This document shows positions 46,225 through 53,973 of a DNA stretch of 64,000 nucleotides, one piece after another. The stretch comes from a virus. Its lineage: Duplodnaviria > Caudoviricetes. Under the pieces are notes generated by a model. The model ran no database searches, was not told where the DNA came from, and worked only from the letters and a program-made list of their open reading frames with translations. Each line of letters opens with the position of its first letter. Position 1 is the first letter of the stretch. Both the position numbers and the translations under genes were made by a program. Location of the stretch: IMG/VR virus record IMGVR_UViG_2595698952_000001, positions 160,001 to 224,000 of that record; one strand, written 5' to 3'.

Positions 46225-47518
46225 ATACCTGGTCGCAGCCTGTCACGCAGAAGCGTGGCGTCGACTGGTATGGCGTATTGCGGTGTTTAACGTGGCCATC
46301 TTTAATGAGGATGGGGAACCGCCTGAACCGTACGACCTGACTTACATTGACGGCCTGCCGCATTTCTGGGATGTGCCGGTCGAAGATGAAGATGCGAAGT
46401 GGGTGCCGATTGAAGGGTGTAAAAAGGATGACGAACTGTTCATCCCGGAAGAACTCTTTGAGTTGCGTCCTGATATGTATCCCGGCTTAGAAGGCCCGGT
46501 GCAAACCTCCGTAGGGCGTTACGTCTTTAACTGGATTGTTATCTTCTACGCGTTCGGTACTCGCCTGCCGTACCAGGCGATTTCCAAGAACCCGCTGGAA
46601 TACCAGAAAGAGATGTACCGCCGTTGTCTGGAACACGAAGACGATGAGCCAGAGAATGACGGGGCCATTCGTCCAAGCATGATAGGGCGCTTTGTAGGCG
46701 GTCTACACGAGCTTGCACCGATGACCCGTGGCATTGCCGCCACCGGCACGTTGCGTTCGCTGACGACCCACCCAGACGCGTATAAGGTACGTGACGCATT
46801 ACTGCTTAAGCACAAAGACGAGCTGGATAACCCGGCCGTCATCGTGATGATTGAAAAGGCATTGGATGAACTGGATAAGGAATGGTTGAGCGGTGACCAG
46901 TCTATCGAGTTCTACAATTCGCCGAAATCCCGAATGCGTCGTCGTAAACTGATGTTGATGTACGGTATTCAAACCGCATTTAAAGAGGGGAGTGACTTTA
47001 CCCTGGTGCCAACCAGCCTGATGGAAGTTGATGAAGGCGGGATGAAGAACCTGGTAGAGAAATTCAACGACACCCGTGAAGGGTCGTTCTCGCGTGGTGC
47101 GGAAACCGCGAAGGGGGGTGAGCAGGTACGTATCATTCAGATGATCTTCCAGAACCACCGTATCGTGGCCGGGGATTGTGGTACCAAGCTGACCCATCCG
47201 GTGGTCATTAACCTCGGCAACGTCACCCGTTATATCGGGATGAACGCCGTTGTAAACGGCAAACTGGTACAGCTGACTGAGGCGTATTTGAAAGAACAGC
47301 TGGGCAAAGTTGTCCGTCTGCGACGCCCCATCTTATGTCAACTGGGTCACGTAGACTGCTGTGCTGCGTGCTCCTCGGCCCACAAAGCCGAAGAACCGCG
47401 TGCAATCGCCGCGGACATCTCCTCTGCGTTCTCCAACGTTATGACCAATGCGATGGGCGCAATGCACGGCCGTGAAACCGTCGTGCAGGAATTCGTACCG
47501 TTAATCCACATTACTTAA
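46211..47518 (+). CDS. Virion RNA polymerase beta'-like subunit (phiKZ gp80-like)
   Basis: GSFSRGAETAKGG, DCGT, LRRPILC, CCAAC, MGAMHG. Confidence 0.88.
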   Translation: MNRIEYLVAACHAEAWRRLVWRIAVFNVAIFNEDGEPPEPYDLTYIDGLPHFWDVPVEDEDAKWVPIEGCKKDDELFIPEELFELRPDMYPGLEGPVQTSVGRYVFNWIVIFYAFGTRLPYQAISKNPLEYQKEMYRRCLEHEDDEPENDGAIRPSMIGRFVGGLHELAPMTRGIAATGTLRSLTTHPDAYKVRDALLLKHKDELDNPAVIVMIEKALDELDKEWLSGDQSIEFYNSPKSRMRRRKLMLMYGIQTAFKEGSDFTLVPTSLMEVDEGGMKNLVEKFNDTREGSFSRGAETAKGGEQVRIIQMIFQNHRIVAGDCGTKLTHPVVINLGNVTRYIGMNAVVNGKLVQLTEAYLKEQLGKVVRLRRPILCQLGHVDCCAACSSAHKAEEPRAIAADISSAFSNVMTNAMGAMHGRETVVQEFVPLIHIT

Positions 47519-47529
47519 GGATTATTACC

Positions 47530-48033
47530 ATGGCTACAACTGATATTAATACCCAGGACGCACGTCCTACTGCTACCCAGCGTTTGGCAGCCTCGTACGG
47601 CCAGGATGACCAACACCAGGTTAAACTGATCACCACGCAGCTGGATGAAGCCGGTGCGGCAGTTGGCCCGAACAAGGCCAAAGGCACGCAGACCGAGAAA
47701 GATGCGTATAACAAGCTGCACAGCTCGTTCCGTGCGTTGATGGACTTACGTGGTCAGGCATTCCTCGACGCGTTCTACGCGTTCGTTGAAGCAGCCCAGA
47801 AACACAAAAAAGGCATCTTCTACCAACCGCTGGTCACCCGCTATGCGGACGTGAACTTCCCGGACAGCTCTGAGCGCGAAGTGTTTGTCGTGTTCATCAA
47901 CATGCTGGTACGTTTTGCCGGGGCTTCCGACAAACGTCGTTGGCTGGAGCTGAACAAAGTCAGTCGTGTGACTGACCGCGTAACCGACCAGGAACTGGCT
48001 TCGCTGCTGGCCCACGCGTTTGGTGCGGCTTAA
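47530..48033 (+). CDS. Hypothetical protein
   Basis: TAAGGA RBS; terminator 48040-48079. Confidence 0.8.
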   Translation: MATTDINTQDARPTATQRLAASYGQDDQHQVKLITTQLDEAGAAVGPNKAKGTQTEKDAYNKLHSSFRALMDLRGQAFLDAFYAFVEAAQKHKKGIFYQPLVTRYADVNFPDSSEREVFVVFINMLVRFAGASDKRRWLELNKVSRVTDRVTDQELASLLAHAFGAA

Positions 48034-48080
48034 ATAAAAGTACCCACTCCTTTGCGGGAGTGGGTATACTTCTTTTTTTG

Positions 48081-49871
48081 TCAAAATCCGTTGATGTACT
48101 CAATCGGGTCAGTGACGGTTTCGCCTTGACGAACCAGGAAGGTGGTCAACACTTTATCTTTGTCTGGCAGACAGAAGAAGTCGTTGGCAATCTCCATCGC
48201 ATTCACTCGCCCTGCGGTTAAGTTCACCCCAGTACGGCGACGAATCTCTTCGCTGACTCCGGTAATGCTTAACAGTTCAATCAGGGTAGTCTCACGCGAT
48301 TGGTTCATCATGTTCGTGGCTGACGGGTACGCCTGGGTTAAGTCGGCATCCGCGGTTTGTCCACGGAAGGCAGAGTGGAACTGCGGTATCTCTTTCAAGA
48401 TGTTCGTCAGACCATTCTCGGAGTTCATGCACGCGGTTAACGTCACAATCCATCCATCCGTCCCGATAACCTCCTCATCGTAATCGTTGCGCATCGCCTG
48501 ACCGGTACACCCAATAACCAGACTCGGGTTCTGTTCATACAGGTAGTACGTAAAGGCCACACAGATACGTTTGGGTAGCGATGGGAAGATGTCGTACATC
48601 GAATAACCGGCCAGAATTGAGATTGCTGAGGCCAAGTCATTGGTCTTCTTGTCCAGCAGCAATATCATCAGGTTATCGAAGATGTTATAGACGCAATACT
48701 CCAGCGCAAAGTCTTTCTGCGCTTTCAAGTGCCATTCGAGTTTCTCCTCATACGGCAACCCAGGGATGTCGAGTTTGTTTAATCCTAACTCGCTGTCCAG
48801 GATGGCGTTTAACTTGTACGACGGGCGCTGACCTTCGTGTACACGCAGAGAACGGAACAGACACATGGCATCGACAAAGAAAAAGGACGCCATGCAGTAC
48901 AGAACGTGCCACTGTTGAGACGGGGCCTTGGTCAACGACTTCGACTCGGTCTTCTTCGATGCCTGGTCTTTCTTAAACCACACCTTACGGTACTTCTGCG
49001 GTACGCTCGGATGAGAGAAAACGTCTTCCGGGGCGATATTATCACGCTCTAACGCTTCAAGCATACGTGAAATATCGAACTCGTGGTTCCAGGCGACCAT
49101 CAAGTCCGGTAAGCGTGGATGGATTTCTTCAAACATCCTGACCACGGCGTGACCAGAGGTGGCACACTCGTGGGCCGTGATGGTGAAGCCTTCCAATACG
49201 TTCTTGATTTTGATTTCGTCTTCGCCAGTCTTTTTGTTCTTGCCACGGAACTCAATCTTCGACAGCATCTCCTGTGCACGTTTCAGTAACCGCTCACCGA
49301 AGTTCACTTTACCACAACGGGCAATGTAGTCCTGGGTGGCAAAGAAGTGAATCTCGTCATCCAGCACGAAGCTCATTAACCACGGGTCACGCGAACCGTC
49401 CTCTTCACGCGTTTCCACGTCGTAGATACACAGGCGGTTAGGGGTGACGCTGTTGGGCCACTTCTTTAAATACTTCTGCTTAATCCAGCTGGTGACCGGT
49501 AAGTCCGCCCAATACACATACGGACTGGAACACACCTGGCGCAGACGTTTCTTCGGGTCAGGGAAACGCACACCTAGCCCGGCTTGAATGGTGATGGACA
49601 TGCCCACATCAGTGGTCATAAACTCCTGCGTCTTACTGCGTTCTTCGTACTCTTTTTTCTCTTGATGATTACGGTGCGGAGGCTGGGTAATATAGATAGG
49701 ACGTTTGAGATTCTCACGTCCAAACACCCGTGGAATCAGCCTGCCGTCTTTAGTATGGATGACCTCTTTCACGAGGACAAAGTCGTTTTGCTTTTCATCG
49801 TCTGTCGCATAAGCGACATGCTTGCACTCTTTAGCGATTACGTCCTCGGGTGCAAAATAGTTATTGATCAT
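48081..49871 (-). CDS. Family-B DNA polymerase N-terminal subunit: 3'-5' exonuclease plus motif A (phiKZ gp82-like)
   Basis: ExoI YDVET, ExoII AWNHEFD, ExoIII YNIFD, motif A DLTQAYPS; real start MINNYF. Confidence 0.88.
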   Translation of the reverse strand: MINNYFAPEDVIAKECKHVAYATDDEKQNDFVLVKEVIHTKDGRLIPRVFGRENLKRPIYITQPPHRNHQEKKEYEERSKTQEFMTTDVGMSITIQAGLGVRFPDPKKRLRQVCSSPYVYWADLPVTSWIKQKYLKKWPNSVTPNRLCIYDVETREEDGSRDPWLMSFVLDDEIHFFATQDYIARCGKVNFGERLLKRAQEMLSKIEFRGKNKKTGEDEIKIKNVLEGFTITAHECATSGHAVVRMFEEIHPRLPDLMVAWNHEFDISRMLEALERDNIAPEDVFSHPSVPQKYRKVWFKKDQASKKTESKSLTKAPSQQWHVLYCMASFFFVDAMCLFRSLRVHEGQRPSYKLNAILDSELGLNKLDIPGLPYEEKLEWHLKAQKDFALEYCVYNIFDNLMILLLDKKTNDLASAISILAGYSMYDIFPSLPKRICVAFTYYLYEQNPSLVIGCTGQAMRNDYDEEVIGTDGWIVTLTACMNSENGLTNILKEIPQFHSAFRGQTADADLTQAYPSATNMMNQSRETTLIELLSITGVSEEIRRRTGVNLTAGRVNAMEIANDFFCLPDKDKVLTTFLVRQGETVTDPIEYINGF

Positions 49872-49943
49872 GGGTTCACTCTCAAATCTGGTGGCTGCTA
49901 TATTGATTTGCGGGTAGCGTAATTTTCTATTAAGGAACGTCAA

Positions 49944-51299
49944 ATGGGACACTGGCAAAGACACATTAAAACAGTGGCCGAAGCGCAAGCGGTGGCCAGG
50001 GAATCTATCCGATTCCAGGATAAAAAGAAACTCGCCGAGTTGGCGGATATAGTTGGTAAATTCCGTGCGGCGGGGGACTTCTCTCCGGCGGGATACGATA
50101 GTTCTGGTGTGGCTGCCTGGGTTCTGAAAACCGTTGGTCTGACAATCCTGTTCCGTAACGGTGCCGAGCTGGGCGTCGTTGACGTGGTCTTCGCCGGAGT
50201 GGAACCACCGAAGCTGGATGCGAACAGCCCGATTGTCAGCAGCCTGCACCGTGTGTTCTATCAGGGCAACAAAGACCTCGACGTCTACAGCAAGTTCATT
50301 AAAGAGAACGAGCTGAACGGGGAGTTCGATGATGCGAACGCCAAGGTGTCGGGCGACCTCAGTAAAGTGCCATCCCCACTTTACCTGACCCCGAAAATGT
50401 TGACGTCCTTAGAGTTGTCGGATTTAGAAGTGGCCTCCGTGATTCTCCACGAAGTGGGGCACGTCTACTACTACTTCCGTACGCTGATGCGCACCCTGAT
50501 TACCAACCTGGTTGCTGATGCTGCGGCCAACCGCATGATGGAAACCGAAGATGCTGCGGTGCGTCTGAAGGTGGTGAAGGATGTCGAGCGTATTCTTGAT
50601 ACCAAAGTGAACGAACCGGAAACCATTTGCAAAGAGTTCAAAAAAGAGAACATCTATATGCACCTGGTGACCCAGACGTTGCTTGACCGTCCTTACGTGA
50701 CCGGTGGGCAAGGGTTTGCGAACCGTACCTGGGAACGTGCAGCTGATGACTTCGCCGCTCGCTTTGGCGCAGCGCCGTATCTGGCTTCGGCACTGTACAA
50801 GATGGAAAGCGATCGCTTCTATCTGTTCCGCAACCGTTCGTACATGAACTACGGTGTGCACCTCACCATCGAGATGCTCGAAGTGGCTTACCTGATTGTG
50901 TCCTTTGCGACGCCGTTTGGAATGCTGTTCGGTTCAATCTCGCTGCTGTTCGGTCTGGTGATTAACGACCCAGAAAACACCATCTACGATCCGCCGCAGG
51001 AACGCTTTGAAACTATGCGCCGGAATTTGGTGGAAGAACTGAACACGCTGAAGGACAAGAACACCAAAGCGGCCAACGACCAACGTAAACGTATCCTGGA
51101 TGGAATTGCGGCGGTAGACAACATCCTCAAAACAGTGAAGGATAAAGATAACATCTATTCCTTCCTGATGAAGACGTTGACCCCAGCCGGGCGTCGTGAG
51201 CGCAAAGCGGTGGATTACCAGCGCTCGCTTGAGCGTTACCTGTCCAACGACCTGCGTGTGGCATCAGCCAAACTGAACCAACTTGCTGCGGTAAAGTAG
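49944..51299 (+). CDS. Virion head protein with zincin-like HEXXH motif
   Basis: ILHEVGH ... ERAADDFA; N-terminal AVARE cleavage motif; hydrophobic segment. Confidence 0.7.
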   Translation: MGHWQRHIKTVAEAQAVARESIRFQDKKKLAELADIVGKFRAAGDFSPAGYDSSGVAAWVLKTVGLTILFRNGAELGVVDVVFAGVEPPKLDANSPIVSSLHRVFYQGNKDLDVYSKFIKENELNGEFDDANAKVSGDLSKVPSPLYLTPKMLTSLELSDLEVASVILHEVGHVYYYFRTLMRTLITNLVADAAANRMMETEDAAVRLKVVKDVERILDTKVNEPETICKEFKKENIYMHLVTQTLLDRPYVTGGQGFANRTWERAADDFAARFGAAPYLASALYKMESDRFYLFRNRSYMNYGVHLTIEMLEVAYLIVSFATPFGMLFGSISLLFGLVINDPENTIYDPPQERFETMRRNLVEELNTLKDKNTKAANDQRKRILDGIAAVDNILKTVKDKDNIYSFLMKTLTPAGRRERKAVDYQRSLERYLSNDLRVASAKLNQLAAVK

Positions 51300-51775
51300 C
51301 AGGGGAGTCGGTCGGGCAACAACCGGAGTACCTCTGGATTACCTTACCGTATCGATGGCAGGTGCTCTCAGCTGCACAGATTGACCACGACCTGAACGGG
51401 ATGCGCTACGGCGTAGACCCGGTACCGTTGGTAGGCTATTCGAATAAGGTAGAAGCGATTAAAGCCGCTATCTCGTATGCCTCTATTCACAACGCAGGCA
51501 CGGCACCAGGGGACGTGGATAAAACCATTGCCCCGATTATTGTGCAACAGCGTGGCAATACGTTACTGCTGAGAAGTACCGGACTGGCCAACAACCTGAC
51601 AGAAGGCGACAAGACACACATCTACCGTGTCCGCACTGCCGAATGCTCAGAAGCCTGGCAACAGTCGTTCGATGGCTCCCCCGAATACTACACGTACGGC
51701 GCGACCACTTACGAAGAAGTCGAGTTTGACTCGATTCTTAATTTTATCAAAGGGGCAGGGCTAACCGTCTCTTAA
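51296..51775 (+). CDS. ORF lacking a proper start; probable -1 frameshift extension of 49944-51299
   Basis: Frame open from 51233; first start-type codon (GTG 51362) has no RBS; G GTA AAG TAG at the junction. Confidence 0.5.
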   Translation, partial: VAGESVGQQPEYLWITLPYRWQVLSAAQIDHDLNGMRYGVDPVPLVGYSNKVEAIKAAISYASIHNAGTAPGDVDKTIAPIIVQQRGNTLLLRSTGLANNLTEGDKTHIYRVRTAECSEAWQQSFDGSPEYYTYGATTYEEVEFDSILNFIKGAGLTVS

Positions 51776-51789
51776 CCTAGGGTGATATC

Positions 51790-52233
51790 ATGACTCACAA
51801 AGTCTCTTTGAACTCGTTAGTTCTCGATTTTAAACGCACCAACGAAGGCAAGGGCGTACAAGCCCAGCGTGCCCTGACAGGGCTGGTTGCCTTTGCACTG
51901 GCCTACGCTGCTGACCTGCCGAACAATGGCCAGATGGGTGCCTCCGAAGTGGTGGGCCTGAAACTGCGTCCGATCATGCGCAACATCGTGTCTGATGTGA
52001 ACGAGCTGTACTGCGTTGACCTCGGCACGATTGAAGACCTGACTGTGGGATTGTATTGCAACCGCTACAACCAGGTCTGGGGTGGGCGCTTTGCTCTCGA
52101 CTCTTTCTCGGTGAAAGAAATTTTCCACGATGCCGTGGGTGAAGATGTGTGGGACACTGTCGGTCTGTGGATTGAACGTTTCGCAGAAGCAGTGAACTTC
52201 TACATCGCTGAAACGCGAGGTCAGATTTCATGA
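51790..52233 (+). CDS. Putative virion protein
   Basis: GGTGA RBS; within the head-gene cluster. Confidence 0.7.
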   Translation: MTHKVSLNSLVLDFKRTNEGKGVQAQRALTGLVAFALAYAADLPNNGQMGASEVVGLKLRPIMRNIVSDVNELYCVDLGTIEDLTVGLYCNRYNQVWGGRFALDSFSVKEIFHDAVGEDVWDTVGLWIERFAEAVNFYIAETRGQIS

Positions 52234-53930
52234 CAATGGAAATGACGGGCAACAACACCCCACCCCAATGGCAACTCGGGGAAATTGGGGATGTGGTGCG
52301 CTCCCGCCTTGAGGAGCGCGTGTCGACGGTCAGCCAGCTTAACCTGTACATGCAGCGTAACGAAGCTGACCTGATTTACGGTTCGCGTCTGTTGATGCAA
52401 ATCGAAGCCATTCTGCACGAGGTACGTCGTTCCGGCTTGTCTCGTGACCTGGCAGTCGCGGTCGAGTCTACCCGTCCGGGTACCATCTCCCCGACTACCC
52501 GTTCTATTCTGACGTCGAACTTCACGAAGACCGGCCAGAAAGAAACCGTGGTGGCGCTGGAGTCCTGGGCAAACGCCGGGAAGATTGGCCTGATTATCCT
52601 GGCTCTGTCCTCAGTGATTAAAATCCTGGGCTGGATCATGGAGAAAGGTTCCGGTTTCGCCGGTGACGGTGGGCGCGATGAAGGTGCGTATAAAGAAGGC
52701 GTTGACAGCAAAGTCGAAAGCTTTAAAGTCGACGGTACCACGGTACTTGACCAGCTGAATATCACCGCCATCAAAGACGCGTACATGGAAGCAGCAAAAG
52801 GTCTGAAAGGGCGTGCCCTGGAAAACCTGAACCTGGCCGTGACCCTCGCCGATGAAGTCTTCTCGAACATGAAAGCCGAAGAGTATCTGAATGCGCTCTC
52901 TAACGCACAGAAACGCTCTCCATTCACTAACCTGTTCAAAGGCTACAGCGAACGTCGTCAAAGCCAGCAGAGTGTGATTCACGACCTTCTGGACACCCTC
53001 CTGCAACTGAACGTGACTTCCGGCGTCTATCCGCATCAGACTGCGGAGAAAGCGTACCAGGGCTTACCGCCATCGGTGCGTAAAGCCGGGGTGAAAATCC
53101 CGAACGAGATGAACTACAAACAAGCCTCCAACGTGGTGGGTGAACTGACCGGTTACTTTGGTAACTTGCAGAAAACCTTCCACGAACTGGCTGCTCCGGC
53201 GTTGCTGGAGAGTTACCAGAAAGGCGGCAAGTCACAGGGCGTCGAAGGGATCGGGACACTGTTTGGTCAGGCGCTGCAATCGTTGAACACCACGCTTTCC
53301 GGTTCTATCTCTGATGGGGCGGGTAAAGGCTTTAGCTCCTCGTCGTTTGCGGTCGTGGCCATCAAGCCGGAACAAGAGCGCGATTTGGTTGGCTACAACA
53401 TCTACGACAACCTTGGCAGTCAGCGTAAGCTGGCGGTGGCCACTGGCACGGCGTTCTTCGGGGCGGCGTGTCTGGAAGAGTTGCGTCAGAATGTTAAGCT
53501 CTCCGTGGGCGATGAGCGTGAGCTGTTAGCGGTGGTCGTGAGCCTCGGCAAAACCGGGTTTACCACCAACACCTACGACACCAACCTCAACAAATACAGC
53601 ACACTCAACAAAGCCGTTGAGCAAACGCTGAAAGAGTTAGAGGCGTGGCAGAAGCAGATGAAGAACAGTGACGGCGGGTTTGTGAAATACATCTCCGACG
53701 TCATCACCACCGAGCTGAAGCGTAATCCGACCGGACTGCGTACCAGCGGACGTGAACTGTCCATGACGTATATGGATGGGGACGGTGATTTCTTCGAAGC
53801 GCTGAAAGCCAACATCACGCTGGTGAAACGTCTCTGTGAAGGTGTCGGGTCATTACAGGTGGTGCTCTCACGCGCCAAGCTGAACCCACTGGTGAAAGGC
53901 AATCGACAGACTGCTGAATCTGACGATTAA
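52230..53930 (+). CDS. Virion head protein (protease-processed)
   Basis: VAVES and VALESW motifs followed by a hydrophobic helix; terminator 53939-53975. Confidence 0.7.
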   Translation: MTMEMTGNNTPPQWQLGEIGDVVRSRLEERVSTVSQLNLYMQRNEADLIYGSRLLMQIEAILHEVRRSGLSRDLAVAVESTRPGTISPTTRSILTSNFTKTGQKETVVALESWANAGKIGLIILALSSVIKILGWIMEKGSGFAGDGGRDEGAYKEGVDSKVESFKVDGTTVLDQLNITAIKDAYMEAAKGLKGRALENLNLAVTLADEVFSNMKAEEYLNALSNAQKRSPFTNLFKGYSERRQSQQSVIHDLLDTLLQLNVTSGVYPHQTAEKAYQGLPPSVRKAGVKIPNEMNYKQASNVVGELTGYFGNLQKTFHELAAPALLESYQKGGKSQGVEGIGTLFGQALQSLNTTLSGSISDGAGKGFSSSSFAVVAIKPEQERDLVGYNIYDNLGSQRKLAVATGTAFFGAACLEELRQNVKLSVGDERELLAVVVSLGKTGFTTNTYDTNLNKYSTLNKAVEQTLKELEAWQKQMKNSDGGFVKYISDVITTELKRNPTGLRTSGRELSMTYMDGDGDFFEALKANITLVKRLCEGVGSLQVVLSRAKLNPLVKGNRQTAESDD

Positions 53931-53973
53931 AATAAAGGCTACCCACTCCCGAAAAGGAGTGGGTAGTTCTTTT

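Noticed and set aside
934-50249. Long N-terminal extensions in the ORF track (e.g. 2535, 13841, 22303, 50249)
   Set aside because: They overlap divergent genes or promoters; internal ATGs at 2310, 13739, 22261 and 49871 fit better, the first three with clear RBSs
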